From Macrostomum hystrix (lineage: Eukaryota > Animalia > Platyhelminthes), in assembly GCA_950097015.1 (NCBI GenBank), contig CATNEN010000038.1, positions 26,660,001 to 26,724,000 on the forward strand: a stretch of 64,000 nt of DNA. The letters are read 5' to 3'. Of this stretch, positions 1 through 13,462 are shown one piece after another (position 1 is the stretch's first letter; every line of letters begins with the position of its first letter). Under the pieces are notes generated by a model. That model ran no database searches. It worked only from the letters and a program-made list of their open reading frames with translations, and was not told the origin of the DNA. The translations under genes were made by a program, and so were the position numbers.

Positions 1-1152
1 GTTGAATGAGAAGCTGCATGAGTTTAATGAGAAGCCGCATGAGTCCAATGAGAAGCTGCATGAGTCTAATGAGAAGCTGCATGATTTTAATGAGAAAGTA
101 CATGAGTTTAATGAGAAGCTGCATGAGTTTAATGAGAAGCTGCATGAGTCCAATGAGAAGCTGCATGAGTCTAATGAGAAGCTGCATGAGTCTAATGAGA
201 AGCTGCATGATTTTAATGAGAAAGTACATGAGTTTAATGAGAAGCTGCATGAGTTTAATGAGAAGCTGCATGAGTCCAATGAGAAGCTGCATGAGTTTAA
301 TGAGAAGCTGCATGAGTTTAATGAGAAGCTGCATGAGTCTAATGAGAAGCTGCATGAGTCTAATGAGAAGCTGCATGATTTTAATGAGAAAGTACATGAG
401 TTTAATGAGAAGCTGCATGAGTTTAATGAGAAGCTGCATGAGTCCAATGAGAAGCTGCATGAGTTTAATGAGAAGCTGCATGAGTTTAATGAGAAGCTGC
501 ATGAGTCTAATGAGAAGCTGCATGAGTCTAATGAGAAGCTGCATGAGTCTAATGAGAAGCTGCATGATTTTAATGAGAAAGTACATGAGTTTAATGAGAA
601 GCTGCATGAGTTTAATGAGAAGCTGCATGAGTTTAATGAGAAGCCGCATGAGTCCAATGAGAAGCTGCATGAGTCTAATGAGAAGCTGCATGATTTTAAT
701 GAGAAAGTACATGAGTTTAATGAGAAGCCGCATGAGTTTAATGAGAAGCTGCATGAGTCCAATGAGAAGCTGCATGAGTCTAATGAGAAGCTGCAGGAGT
801 CTAATGAGAAGCTGCATGATTTTAATGAGAAAGTACATGAGTTTAATGAGAAGCTGCATGAGTCCAATGAGAGGCTGCATGAGTCCAATGAGAAGCTGCA
901 TGAGTTGAATGAGAAGCTGCATGAGTCCAATGAGAAGCTGCATGAGTCCAATGAGAAGCTGCATGAGTTGAATGAGAAGCTGCATGAGTCCAATGAGAAG
1001 CTGCATGAGTCCAATGAGAAGCTGCATGAGTCCAATGAGAAGCTGCATGAGTCCAATGAGAAGCTGCATGAGTCCAATGAGAAGCTGCATGAGTCCAATG
1101 AGAAGCTGCATGAGTCCAATGAGAAGCTGCATGAGTTTAATGAGAAGCTGCA
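1..1152. repeat. 21-bp minisatellite (aatgagaagctgcatgagtcc/ttt), ~55 copies, truncated by window edge
   Basis: Direct tandem periodicity of 21 bp. A variant unit (gattttaatgagaaagta) recurs every 6-9 units. Confidence 0.97.
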
Positions 1153-1274
1153 TCTCATTGCCGTTAGAGAGCAAAGAGTTGATTGCTCTTTGCCAGACAA
1201 TCCAGTCGTGATGTTCAAAGTTATTTTTTCATAGCTGCTTACATTAGCATCCGAGTCAGTATTAAACAGAATCT

Positions 1275-1360
1275 CAGGAGTCAGCGCAATGGACAGAATT
1301 GCCTCCTCGATGGCTGCGGGTCCAGTGTCACCAAATGATGTGCCATTGCCCGCAGCCCCT
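1275..1360 (+). mobile_element. Partial copy A of a dispersed ~100-250 bp non-autonomous element (SINE/MITE-like)
   Basis: Core aattgcctcctcg-tggctgcgggt-agtgtcaccaa-tgatg-gccattgcc-cagccc is shared with 19630-19825, 31090-31252 and 37370-37495(-). Confidence 0.7.
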
Positions 1361-1998
1361 TTCAAATGTGAGAATGAGTGTAGTGAGAAAAAATTAAAAG
1401 TCAAAGTACATATAACAGATAGAATTATTCTGGCAAGGCTATCAATCCGATTGTATCAACAGCACAAAAATTGCCAATTGAAGTTTATATTTCAAAATAA
1501 ATATTAAAAATGGAAGCAAAAATAGCTTCTTTTAGCTAATAGGCCAATAGAATTAAGCTAAATACATCTAAATAATGAATTTATATTTGTAATCTGCAAA
1601 ATGTAGTAAATCGACAACGTAAAAGAAATTAATCCAACAATCACACGCACACAAAAATGACACAATACAATTTGTCTAAAAGATATTGTAGCACAATTGT
1701 TCGTAGCAAAACAGTGGGACAAAAATAACTGTGTCCTCAAAAGCGAACGATAAAAGAAGCAGACAATTACGAGTAGATAGTCATTATGCGATTGGAAGCA
1801 AAAAATTGACTGCTGAGCAACGAAAATTGCCACAAAATTGAGAGCAGAAATTAGCACTGCTCTTTAATACTTACAGACTATAACCTAAATCGATCATCAA
1901 ATATTTCATTCGATTCAAAAAGCGAATCAATTTACACTTTTAGTGAAAACGAGAACGATCAGACAGTTGATTAGGCAATCAAGCCGCATGTAATTATG

Positions 1999-2898
1999 TC
2001 AGTGAGCGAGTCAGTGGGTCACTGAGCGAGTCAGTGGGTCAGTGAGCGAGTCAGTGGGTCAGTGGGTCACTGAGCGAGTCAGTGGGTCAGTGAGCGAGTC
2101 AGTGGGTCAGTGAGCGAGTCAGTGGGTCAGTGGGTCACTGAGCGAGTCAGTGGGTCAGTGAGCGAGTCAGTGGGTCAGTGGGTCACTGAGCGAGTCAGTG
2201 GGTCAGTGAGCGAGTCAGTGGGTCAGTGAGCGAGTCAGTGGGTCAGTGGGTCACTGAGCGAGTCAGTGGGTTAGTGGGTCAGTGAGCGAGTCAGTGGGTC
2301 AGTGAGCGAGTCAGTGGGTCAGTGGGTCAGTGAGCTAGTCAGTGGTTCACTGAGCGAGTCAGTGGGTCAGTGAGCGAGTCAGTGGGTCAGTGAGCGAGTC
2401 AGTGGGTCAGTGAGCGAGTCAGTGGGTCAGTGAGCGAGTCAGTGGGTCACTGGGCGAGTCAGTGGGTCAGTGAGCGAGTCAGTGGGTCACTGAGCGAGTC
2501 AGTGGGTCACTGAGCGAGTCAGTGGGTCAGTGGGTCACTGAGCGAGTCAGTGGGTCAGTGAGCGAGTCAGTGGGTCAGTGAGCGAGTCAGTGGGTCAGTG
2601 GGTCACTGAGCGAGTCAGTGGGTCAGTGAGCGAGTCAGTGGGTCAGTGAGCGAGTCAGTGGGTCAGTGGGTCACTGAGCGAGTCAGTGGGTCACTGAGCG
2701 AGTCAGTGGGTCAGTGAGCGAGTCAGTGGGTCACTGAGCGAGTCAGTGGGTCAGTGAGCGAGTCAGTGGGTCACTGAGCGAGTCAGTGGGTCACTGAGCG
2801 ATTCAGTGGGTCACTGAGCTAGTCAGTGGGTCAGTGAGCGAGTCAGTGGGTCACTGAGCGAGTCAGTGGGTCACTGAGCTAGTCAGTGGGTCAGTGAG
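1999..2898. repeat. 10-bp-unit satellite (gtcagtgagc/gagtcagtgg/gtcactgagc) at the start of the NAGPA 3' UTR
   Basis: Tandem periodicity. The array overlaps the NAGPA stop codon (2891-2893). Confidence 0.95.
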
Positions 2899-5800
2899 CT
2901 GCAGTCTCCTTGTCGGAGTCGGATGAGTCGCCATTGCCCGCTGCCACCAGTCTGCGCATCTCGTGTCGCTGCAGTCGCCAGCGCGTGCGCAGGCGGCCAG
3001 CCGATCGACTGATTCGGCAAAGCCGGGCGATCAAACAGAAGTTCAACAGGCAGCTGGCTACCAGCACACTGGGCAGGACAATCACCATCCAGTTGATGCT
3101 GGAGACTTTCTGCCACATCTGCATCACCAAGTTGTAGGCTGCGGGCAATGCAGAATCAAACTGGTGAGATCTAAACTATGCATCGACATATAAACCTGCC
3201 TCTTTCACAACCTTTTCATTCTATTGTCTGATATTCCGCTTAATCTCTCAATTCATTTAGAACAAAACGACAATAATAGTCAATATCCCCTGAAAATCCA
3301 TGAATCTATATTTCATAAAAAGCATGACCGATATCTTATTAATTATTAATTGAAATTCAATTGAAAGCTGAACCGATATCTCATAAAAATGTTGATGGAC
3401 ATTCCATTAATTCTCAATGAAAGTGTAATTTAAAACGGAATTAATATCCCATAGAAATCCAATCGATATCCCGAGAAATCCCATAGAAATCACAATCTTA
3501 TTTCCATAGAAATCCTAATCGATATCCCATAGAAATCCCAATCAATATCCCATAGAAATCCCAATCAATATCCTATAGAAATCCCAATCAATATCCCATA
3601 GAAATCCAATCGATATCACGAGAAATCCCATAGAAATCACAATCTTATTCCCATAGAAATCCTAATCGATATCCCATAGAAATCCTAATCAATATCCCAT
3701 AGAAATCCCAATCGATATCCCATAGAAATCCCAATCGATATCCCATAGAAATCCCAATCGATATCCCATAGAAATCCCAATCAATATCCCAATCGATATC
3801 CCATAGAAATCCCAATCAATATCCCAATCGATATCCCATAGAAATCCCAATCAATATTCCATAGAAATCCCAATCAATATCCTATAGAAATCCCAATCAA
3901 TATCCTATAGAAATCCTAATCAATATCCCATAGAAATCCTAATCAATATCCCATAGAAATCCCAATCGATATCCCATAGAAATCCCAATCAATATCCCAT
4001 AAAAATCCTATAGAGTCCCCCGCACCTCCATTGGCGCTGGTCGGTCCGTCACCCAGGTCGCCGTCCAGACAGGTGCCATTGACGTGGTGGCACCGGGCGG
4101 GCTCGCCACCCCGCGGACAGACGCAGACTCCCGAGCAGTTTTGACCATAGAAGCCATCGGAGCAGGCAGTCTCGCACAGCCGTCCCAGATATCCTGGCGG
4201 GCATCGGCAGTCGCCGCTGATTGGATGGCAGTCGGCGCTAAGGCCAGGCGGCGTGTTCAGACAGCGGCATGGCGCATGGCAGCCCCAGCCAGTGAAGCCG
4301 GGCCGGCAGCGGCATCGATTGTTGACGCAGTCGCCGCCGGTTGGACTGCAGAAGGAGGCGCACGACGATGCAGCCGCCGAGTGACTGCCGCTGGCGCTGA
4401 CGCACAGCACTGACGTGACAGGCCGCAGGCAGGACCGATGGGGCGACTGACTGCCACGTGAAATTTATTAATTAATACTATGAGACTAGAAATCTTGAAT
4501 TCTCATTCTTAAAAAATCTAGACAAAAAAAAATAAATAATAAGAAATCCCTAAGAAATCCAAGCTCGAAATCTCATCCCTAAGAAATCCAAGGTCAAAAT
4601 CTCATCCCTGAGAAATCCAAGGTCAAAATCTCATCCCTAAGAAATCCAAGCTCGAAATCTCATCCATAAGAAATCCAAGCTCGAAATCTCATCCATAAGA
4701 AATCCAAGCTCGAAATCTCATCCCTAAGAAATCCAAGCTCAAAATCTCATCCCTAAGAAATCCAAGCTCGAAATCTCATCCCTAAGAAATCCAAGCTCGA
4801 AATCTCATCCCTAAGAAATCCAAGCTAGAAATCTCATCCCTAAGAAATCCAAGCTCGAAATCTCATCCCTAAGAAATCCAAGCTAGAAATCTCATCCCTA
4901 AGAAATCCAAGGTCAAAATCTCATCCAAGCTCGAAATCTCATCCCTAAGAAATCCAAGCTCGAAATCTCATCCCTAAGAAATCCAAGCTCGAAATCTCAT
5001 CCCTAAGAAATCCAAGCTCGAAATCTCACCCCTAAGAAATCCAAGCTCGAAATCTCATCCCTAAGAAATCCAAGCTCGAAATCTCATCCCTAAGAAATCC
5101 AAGCTCGAAATCTCATCCCTAAGAAATACAAGCTCGAAATCTCATCCCTAAGAAATCCAAGCTCGAAATCTCATCCCTAAGAAATCCAAGCTCGAAATCT
5201 CACCCCTAAGAAATCCAAGCTCGAAATCTCATCCCCAAAAAAAATTCAAGGTCAAAATCTCAACCCTAGAAACTTGAAATTCAAAATCTCATCCCTAGAA
5301 ACTTGAAATTCAAAATCTCATCCCTAAAGCAAAGCTAAGGCCCAACTGCCAAGGATCAATAAAACAAATAAAATCCCACATAACGAACTAAGAGGATAAT
5401 ATGCGCAAGTCAGAAGTAGGAATAGATGACTATAGAAGAAATACGCAATACGTGCGCAATTTTTCCCTCATCAGTACAAATTTAGACTAAATTTGCTAAC
5501 CGAAAGTAGGCACGTGAGTAGTGAAGATCGAATATTATTTTAAAGTCTAGTTAACCGTAAAATCTAAATAGAAAATGAACTATTCAGAAATAATAAATTT
5601 GCATATCCTTACCACGCATCGGACGGGCTGCCGACAACGGTTCCATTGACAACCAGAGTTGATGAGCCGCCTCCGTCTAGATTGATAGCATTGTACACGC
5701 CCAGGTCAACCAGAAGGTCGGCCAGGTCAAATAGGTTGATGCTAGATTGATTGGGTCAGGTAATGTATAGTGTGCGACAATATCGATTAAAAAAAACGTG

Positions 5801-8800
5801 TGATTAATAAATCTGGTAAAAATACACATTTTCTTATTAATTAACTCTCTATTAAGGCAATTCCACATCACATTCAGCCGATTCCATATCCCATTCGGCA
5901 GATTCCAACTCTCCATTCAGCCGATTCCACATCCCATTCAGTCGATTCCACATCACATTCAGTCGATTCCACATCACATTCAGTCGATTCCTCATCCAAT
6001 TCAGCCGATTCCACATCCCATTCAGTCGATTCCACATCACATTCAGTCGATTACTCATCCCATTCAGCAGATTCCAACTCTCCATTCAGCCGATTCCATA
6101 TCCCATTCAGCCGATTCCACATCCCATTCAGTCGATTCCACATCACATTCAGTCGATTCCTCATCCCATTCAGCAGATTCCAACTCTCCATTCAGCCGAT
6201 TCCATATCCCATTCAGCCGATTCCACATCCCATTCAGCCGATTCCAACTCTCCATTAAGCAGATACCAACTCTCCATTCAGTCGATTCCACATCCCATTC
6301 AGCAGATTCCAACTCTCCATTCAGCCGATTCCACATCCCATTCAGCCGATTCCAACTCTCCATTAAGCAGATACCAACTCTCCATTCAGTCGATTCCACA
6401 TCCCATTCAGCAGATTCCAACTCTCCATTCAGCCGATTCCACATCCCATTCAGCCGATTCCATATCCCATTCAGCCGATTCCACATCCCGTTCAGCAGAT
6501 TCCAACTCTTTATTCAGCCGATTCCATATCCCATTCAGTCGATTCCACATCACATTCAGTCGATTCCTCATCCCATTCAGCAGATACCAACTCTCCATTC
6601 AGCAGATTCGACCCATTCAGCCGATTCCACATCCCATTCAGTCGATTCCACATCACATTCAGTCGATTCCTCATCCCATTCAGCAGATTCAAACTCTCCA
6701 TTCAGCCGATTCCATATCCCATTCACCCGATTTCACATCCCATTCAGCCGATTCCACATCCCATTCAGCAGATTCCAACTCTCCATTAAGCATATACAAA
6801 CTCTCCATTCAGCTGATTCCACATCCCATTCAGCAGATTCTAACTCTCCACTCAGACGATTCCAAGAAGATTCCAAGACGATTCCAAGATTCCAAGACGA
6901 TCTCCACTCAGATCATTCAGCAGATTCCAAGTCTCATTCAGCAGATTCCAAGTCTCATTTAGCAGATTCAAAGTATCATTCAGCAGATTCCAAGTCTCAT
7001 TTAGAGGATTCCAATTCTTTTTCGGACGATTCCAACTCTCATTCGAACTGAGTCGATTTGGGTCCAATTCAGCCGATTTAAGCTTATTACTAAGCTGTTA
7101 ACGCAGATTCATCAGACGATACCTATTCTAATAAACACGAATTATTTCGAAGCAAATATCAAAAAATGATGAGAAATTCAAACTTACCCAGATACTTCAG
7201 TCTTGCCAACAATTTGCACTAGAACAAGTTCGCCTGTAATTAACTGCCCAACGGCTGATCGAGCCGAAATTACCGACGCGAAGTAGTTCAGAGTGCCTGT
7301 TGTCTGAGTAGCTGAGCATTCGGCCCTGATGCTCTGCTCGACGAACTGCGGTTAAGCGAAAACCTCTTGTAACTTCCTCTTGTAACTTCCTCTTGTAACT
7401 TCCTCTTGAAACTTTCGATAAACTGACCTTGCTATCCCTTCGTTCTGATCTTTCTTACCCCCACTCTAATCTTTCACCCCCTCTCTGATCTTTCTTACCC
7501 CCACTCTAATCTTTCACCCCCTCTCTGATCTTTCTTACCCCCACTCTAATCTTTCACCCCCTCTCTGATCTTTCTTACCCCCACTCTAATCTTTCACCCC
7601 TCTCTGATCTTGCTTACCCCCACTCTGATCTTTCATCCCCTCTCTGATCTTTCTTACCCCCACTCTAATCTTTCACCCCCTCTCTGATCTTTCTTACCCC
7701 CACTCTAATCTTTCACCCCCTCTCTGATCTTTCTTACCCCCACTCTAATCTTTCACCCCTCTCTGATCTTGCTTACCCCCACTCTGATCTTTCACCCCCT
7801 CTCTGATCTTTCTTACCCCCTCTCTGATCTTGCTTACCCCCACTCTGATCTTTCACCCCCTCTCTGATCTTGCTTACCCCCACTCTAATCTTTCACCCCC
7901 TCTCTGATCTTGCTTACCCCCTCTCTGATCTTGCTTACCCCCACTCTGATATTTCTTACCCCCCCACTCTAATCTTTCACCCCCACTCTGATATTTCTTA
8001 CCCCCTCCACTCTAATCTTTCACCCCCACTCTGATATTTCTTACCCCCTCCACTCTAATCTTTCACCCCCACTCTGATATTTCTTACCCCCTCCACTCTA
8101 ATCTTTCACCCCCACTCTGATATTTCTTACCCCCTCCACTCTAATCTTTCACCCCCACTCTGATCTTGCTTACCCCCACTCTGATCTTTCTTACCCCCTC
8201 CACTCTAATCTTTCCCCCCATTCTGATCCTTCTTTCCCCCACTCTGATCTATCTTACCCCCACTCTGATCTTTCTTACCCCCACTCTGATCTATCTTACC
8301 CCCACTCTGATATTTCTTACCCCCCACTCTAATCTTTCCCCCCCCACTCAGATCTTTCTTACCCCCCTCCACTCTAATCTTTCACCCCCACTCTGATCTT
8401 GCTTACCCCCACTCTGATCTTTCTTACCCCCTCCACTCTAATCTTTCCCCCCATTCTGATCCTTCTTCCCCCCACTCTGATCTATCTTACCCCCACTCTG
8501 ATCTTTCTTACCCCCACTCTGATCTATCTTACCCCCACTCTGATCTTTCTTACCCCCTCCACTCTAATCTTTCCCCCCCCACTCTGATATTTCTCCCCCA
8601 CTCTGGTCTTTATTACCCCTACTTCGATCTTCCTCCCCCCACTCTGATCTTTCTTCCCCTCACTCTGATCTTTCTTACCCCCCACTCACCCTCAGATTCA
8701 TCTCTCCCTCCCTTCGGATCTTTCTCTCCCTGAAATCGCTTGCTCTCGTCCCAGTGAAATATATTTTTTCAGCCGCATAAATACATAATAGTGCAAACAG

Positions 8801-11800
8801 TACCAAACGATCTGCTACTCACACTGCTGCCATTGCGAACAAGCCAAATCGCGCCGCCAACCAGTTGATGAAACATACCGGACAGCAACTCATCCTCCGT
8901 CAGGTAACTGCAAACAAATCATTTTTACTTAAGGTTCTTATCTGGTATTAAACTTATTAATTGACTATGAAAAAAGCAACAGACAATTATTCTCACCCAA
9001 AGAACACCTGGCCCTGAGCTGTGATGCCGAAGTGAGCATTCTTAATACCGGCCGAATCGTGCAATCTATTATCGTCGCTAACTAGGTTACCTAGGCAACG
9101 CGACGAAGACGGATCAAATAGGCCAGCATTGATAGCAACCGAGCACTGACGTTGCTTGGCTGTCTCCAGTACTGTAGCGGATGCCTGCGTTAGATTGTGT
9201 GGCACTGTGAGACTTTGCTGAGCCTGAGAATTCAGTTAGGCTACTGTCCTGAGGCTACTGTCCTGAGGCTGCTGAGAATTCAGTTAGGCTACTGTCCTGA
9301 GGCTGCTGAGAATTCAGTTAGGCTACTGTCCTGAGGCTGCTGAGAATTCAGTTAGGCTACTGTCCTGAGGCTGCTGAGAATTCAGTTAGGCTACTGTCCT
9401 GAGGCTGCTGAGAATTCAGTTAGGCTACTGTCCTGAGGCTGCTGAGAATTCAGTTAGGCTACTGTCCTGAGGCTGCTGAGAATTCAGTTAGGCTACTGTC
9501 CTGAGGCTGCTGAGAATTCAGTTAGGCTACTGTCCTGAGGCTGCTGAGAATTCAGTTAGGCTACTGTCCTGAGGCTGCTGAGAATTCAGTTAGGCTACTG
9601 TCCTGAGGCTGCTGAGAATTCAGTTAGGCTACTGTCCTGAGGCTGCTGAGAATTCAGTTAGGCTACTGTCCTGAGGCTGCTGAGAATTCAGTTAGGCTAC
9701 TGTCCTGAGGCTGCTGAGAATTCAGTTAGGCTACTGTCCTGAGGCTGCTGAGAATTCAGTTAGGCTACTGTCCTGAGGCTGCTGAGAATTCAGTTAGGCT
9801 ACTGTCCTGAGGCTGCTGAGAATTCAGTTAGGCTACTGTCCTGAGGCTGCTGAGAATTCAGTTAGGCTACTGTCCTGAGGCTGCTGAGAATTCAGTTAGG
9901 CTACTGTCCTGAGGCTGCTGAGAATTCAGTTAGGCTACTGTCCTGAGGCTGCTGAGAATTCAGTTAGGCTACTGTCCTGAGGCTGCTGAGAATTCAGTTA
10001 GACTACTGTCCTGAGGCTGCTGAGAATTCAGTTAGGCTACTGTCCTGAGGCTGCTGAGAATTCAGTTAGGCTACTGTCCTGAGGCTGCTGAGAATTCAGT
10101 TAGGCTACTGTCCTGAGGCTGCTGAGAATTCAGTTAGGCTACTGTCCTGAGGCTGCTGAGAATTCAGTTAGGCCACTGTCCTGAGGCTGCTGAGAATTCA
10201 GTTAGGCTACTGTCCTGAGGCTGCTGAGAATTCAGTTAGGCTACTGTCCTGAGGCTGCTGAGAATTCAGTTAGGCTACTGTCCTGAGGCTGCTGAGAATT
10301 CAGTTAGGCTACTGTCCTGAGGCTGCTGAGAATTCAGTTAGGCTACTGTCCTGAGGCTGCTGAGAATTCAGTTAGGCCACTGTCCTGAGGCTGCTGAGAA
10401 TTCAGTTAGGCTACTGTCCTGAGGCTGCTGAGAATTCAGTTAGGCTACTGTCCTGAGGCTGCTGAGAATTCAGTTAGGCTACTGTCCTGAGGCTGCTGAG
10501 AATTCAGTTAGGCTACTGTCCTGAGGCTGCTGAGAATTCAGTTAGGCTACTGTCCTGAGGCTGCTGAGAATTCAGTTAGGCCACTGTCCTGAGGCTGCTG
10601 AGAATTCAGTTAGGCTACTGTCCTGAGGCTGCTGAGAATTCAGTTAGGCTACTGTCCTGAGGCTGCTGAGAATTCAGTTAGGCTACTGTCCTGAGGCTGC
10701 TGAGAATTCAGTTAGGCTACTGTCCTGAGGCTGCTGAGAATTCAGTTAGGCTACTGTCCTGAGGCTGCTGAGAATTCAGTTAGGCTACTGTCCTGAGGCT
10801 GCTGAGAATTCAGTTAGGCTACTGTCCTGAGGCTGCTGAGAATTCAGTTAGGCTACTGTCCTGAGGCTGCTGAGAATTCAGTTAGGCCACTGTCCTGAGG
10901 CTGCTGAGAATTCAGTTAGGCTACTGTCCTGAGGCTGCTGAGAATTCAGTTAGGCTACTGTCCTGAGGCTGCTGAGAATTCAGTTAGGCTACTGTCCTGA
11001 GGCTGCTGAGAATTCAGTTAGGCTACTGTCCTGAGGCTGCTGAGAATTCAGTTAGGCCACTGTCCTGAGGCTGCTGAGAATTCAGTTCGACTACTGTCCT
11101 GAGGCTGCTGAGAATTCAGTTAGGCTACTGTCCTGAGGCTGCTGAGAATTCAGTTAGGCTACTGTCCTGAGGCTGCTGAGAATTCAGTTAGGCTACTGTC
11201 CTGAGGCTGCTGAGAATTCAGTTAGGCTACTGTCCTGAGGCTGCTGAGAATTCAGTTAGGCTACTGTCCTGAGGCTGCTGAGAATTCAGTTAGGCTACTG
11301 TCCTGAGGCTGCTGAGAATTCAGTTAGGCCACTGTCCTGAGGCTGCTGAGAATTCAGTTAGGCCACTGTCCTGAGGCTGCTGAGAATTCAGTTAGGCTAC
11401 TGTCCTGAGGCTGCTGAGAATTCAGTTAGGCTACTGTCCTGAGGCTGCTGAGAATTCAGTTAGACTACTGTCCTGAGGCTGCTGAGAATTCAGTTAGGCT
11501 ACTGTCCTGAGGCTGCTGAGAATTCAGTTAGGCTACTGTCCTGAGGCTGCTGAGAATTCAGTTAGGCTACTGTCCTGAGGCTGCTGAGAATTCAGTTAGG
11601 CCACTGTCCTGAGGCTGCTGAGAATTCAGTTAGGCTACTGTCCTGAGGCTGCTGAGAATTCAGTTAGACTACTGTCCTGAGGCTGCTGAGAATTCAGTTA
11701 GGCTACTGTCCTGAGGCTGCTGAGAATTCAGTTAGGCTACTGTCCTGAGGCTGCTGAGAATTCAGTTAGGCTACTGTCCTGAGGCTGCTGAGAATTCAGT

Positions 11801-13462
11801 TAGGCCACTGTCCTGAGGCTGCTGAGAATTCAGTTAGGCCACTGTCCTGAGGCTGCTGAGAATTCAGTTAGGCCACTGTCCTGAGGCTGCTGAGAATTCA
11901 GTTAGGCCACTGTCCTGAGGCTGCTGAGAATTCAGTTAGGCCACTGTCCTGAGGCTGCTGAGAATTCAGTTAGGCCACTGTCCTGAGGCTGCTGAGAATT
12001 CAGTTAGGCTACTGTCCTGAGGCTGCTGAGAATTCAGTTAGGCTACTGTCCTGAGGCTGCTGAGAATTCAGTTAGACTACTGTCCTGAGGCTGCTGAGAA
12101 TTCAGTTAGGCTACTGTCCTGAGGCTGCTGAGAATTCAGTTAGGCTACTGTCCTGAGGCTGCTGAGAATTCAGTTAGGCTACTGTCCTGAGGCTGCTGAG
12201 AATTCAGTTAGGCCACTGTCCTGAGGCTGCTGAGAATTCAGTTAGGCTACTGTCCTGAGGCTGCTGAGAATTCAGTTAGGCTACTGTCCTGAGGCTGCTG
12301 AGAATTCAGTTAGGCTACTGTCCTGAGGCTGCTGAGAATTCAGTTAGGCCACTGTCCTGAGGCTAATAATTTAGTTAGGTTTAAGTGCATCTTAAAAGAC
12401 AGAATTTACATGGCTAATGAGTACAATGACCATAGCAACAGTTGTTTACAAGCACAGTTCTTGTTAACAAGTTCAGTTCTTGTTCTCTAAGAAGCATCAG
12501 CGCCAAGTTTCCTCACCGAGTCCTTGGCTGCAGATGCACCACAAGCTCCCTCTGGCACAACAACACGCAATGATCTGGCTGCCTTAGTACCAGACACAGT
12601 GACCAAACTGCCAGTCCAGAAATTTTTAGTCAATGTTGATGAAGATATCAATGAGTTGATTTGTATGTTGAGATCAGATTTTGTTTGAGTGGGACCAGGC
12701 GGTGGCATTAAGGAGTGACGCAATGAGCCATGAACAAATGCAGGGCATGAGTCAGCATTATTATCCTTATATGGTGCAACTGGCAGCAAAGTATCTTGTC
12801 CAAGTATACTGGGCTTTCTGTGGGAGAAAGTTTTTTGTTTTTTTGCTGATGTCTCGAATTTATACCAAATATGCATTTCTGTAGCTAGGACATACATGCC
12901 CAACACCCATCTTACCTGTCTGGCCACCAGCCAAGGTAAGATACAAAATCAAAAATGAGAAAACAAAAAATTGGGGGAAGAAAGAAAGAAGTGGAAGAGA
13001 AAGATGGGAAAGATGAGAAAGGAAGAGAGAGAAAAATAAAGAAAATGAAAGAAAAATCATATACAATGTGAAAATTAAGTAGAAATCAATGAAACAAAGT
13101 CACAATTGGGATGAATAATAAAATAATATTGAAACTTAACATTATAACTATTCTTGCAGTAAAATTTCTCTATCTATTGAAACTAAAATGGGATCTGGTG
13201 GACAGATATGGGGTATTGCTATCAATAATCCTATTTTTTCATTAGACATCACATCTATATTATCATATTATTATCTATTTTATGTAAAAGTTAGAATTGG
13301 CACCTGAGTTAAAATGTATAAAATAAAACATTTAACCTATAAATCAAATTCAACCACTTACCTATCTAAAGAATTTTCGCCACCCACAAAAAATGGTGAC
13401 CTGTGAAACTGGATCAGAAATAGAGCAACCAAAATGAGCCGATCTGCCAAACTAGGAGTCAT
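2891..13462 (-). CDS. NAGPA: N-acetylglucosamine-1-phosphodiester alpha-N-acetylglucosaminidase (uncovering enzyme), ~544 aa, 8 exons
   Basis: Exons 13462-13362, 12817-12517, 9184-8997, 8907-8823, 7345-7188, 5741-5613, 4450-4026, 3138-2891. All introns are GT-AG with consistent phases (1635 nt). N-terminal signal peptide, then NAGPA motifs ATVLETA..C.VAINAGLF..CLGNLVSD, GYLTEDELL, LVGGAIWLVRNG, SARSAVG, NAINLDGGGSST, C.RPVTSVLCV, then EGF-like repeats, a TM helix and a short tail. Confidence 0.93.
3441..4012. repeat. ~23-bp minisatellite (atcccatagaaatcccaatcaat), NAGPA intron 7
   Basis: Tandem periodicity. Starts ~14 nt from the donor at 4025. Confidence 0.93.
4540..5326. repeat. 29-bp minisatellite (atccctaagaaatccaagctcgaaatctc), NAGPA intron 6
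   Basis: Tandem periodicity of 29 bp. Confidence 0.95.
5860..7075. repeat. 21/22-bp minisatellite (cattcagccgattccacatcc), NAGPA intron 5
   Basis: Tandem periodicity with length variants. Confidence 0.93.
7363..8690. repeat. Short 13-bp array (cctcttgtaactt, 7363-7408) followed by a ~21-bp minisatellite (ctctgatctttcttaccccca, 7444-8690), NAGPA intron 4
   Basis: Tandem periodicity. Confidence 0.92.
9224..12363. repeat. 34-bp highly homogeneous minisatellite (ctgagaattcagttaggctactgtcctgaggctg), ~92 copies, NAGPA intron 2
   Basis: Near-identical units with only ggcta/ggcca/gacta variants. Each unit has an EcoRI site. Confidence 0.98.

Noticed and set aside
2-1234. 410-aa heptad ORF (NEKLHES)n resembling a coiled coil
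   Set aside because: It is the translation of a stop-free 21-bp satellite. A second frame is equally open, and there are no splice signals or unique domain.
3943-4410. Stand-alone MEGF/Draper-like EGF gene
   Set aside because: It splices in phase to NAGPA exons on both sides and begins with the NAGPA C.RPVTSVLCV motif.
9224-12363. 34-bp repeats of CRISPR-like length
   Set aside because: Head-to-tail units with no unique spacers, in a eukaryotic intron, with no cas genes.
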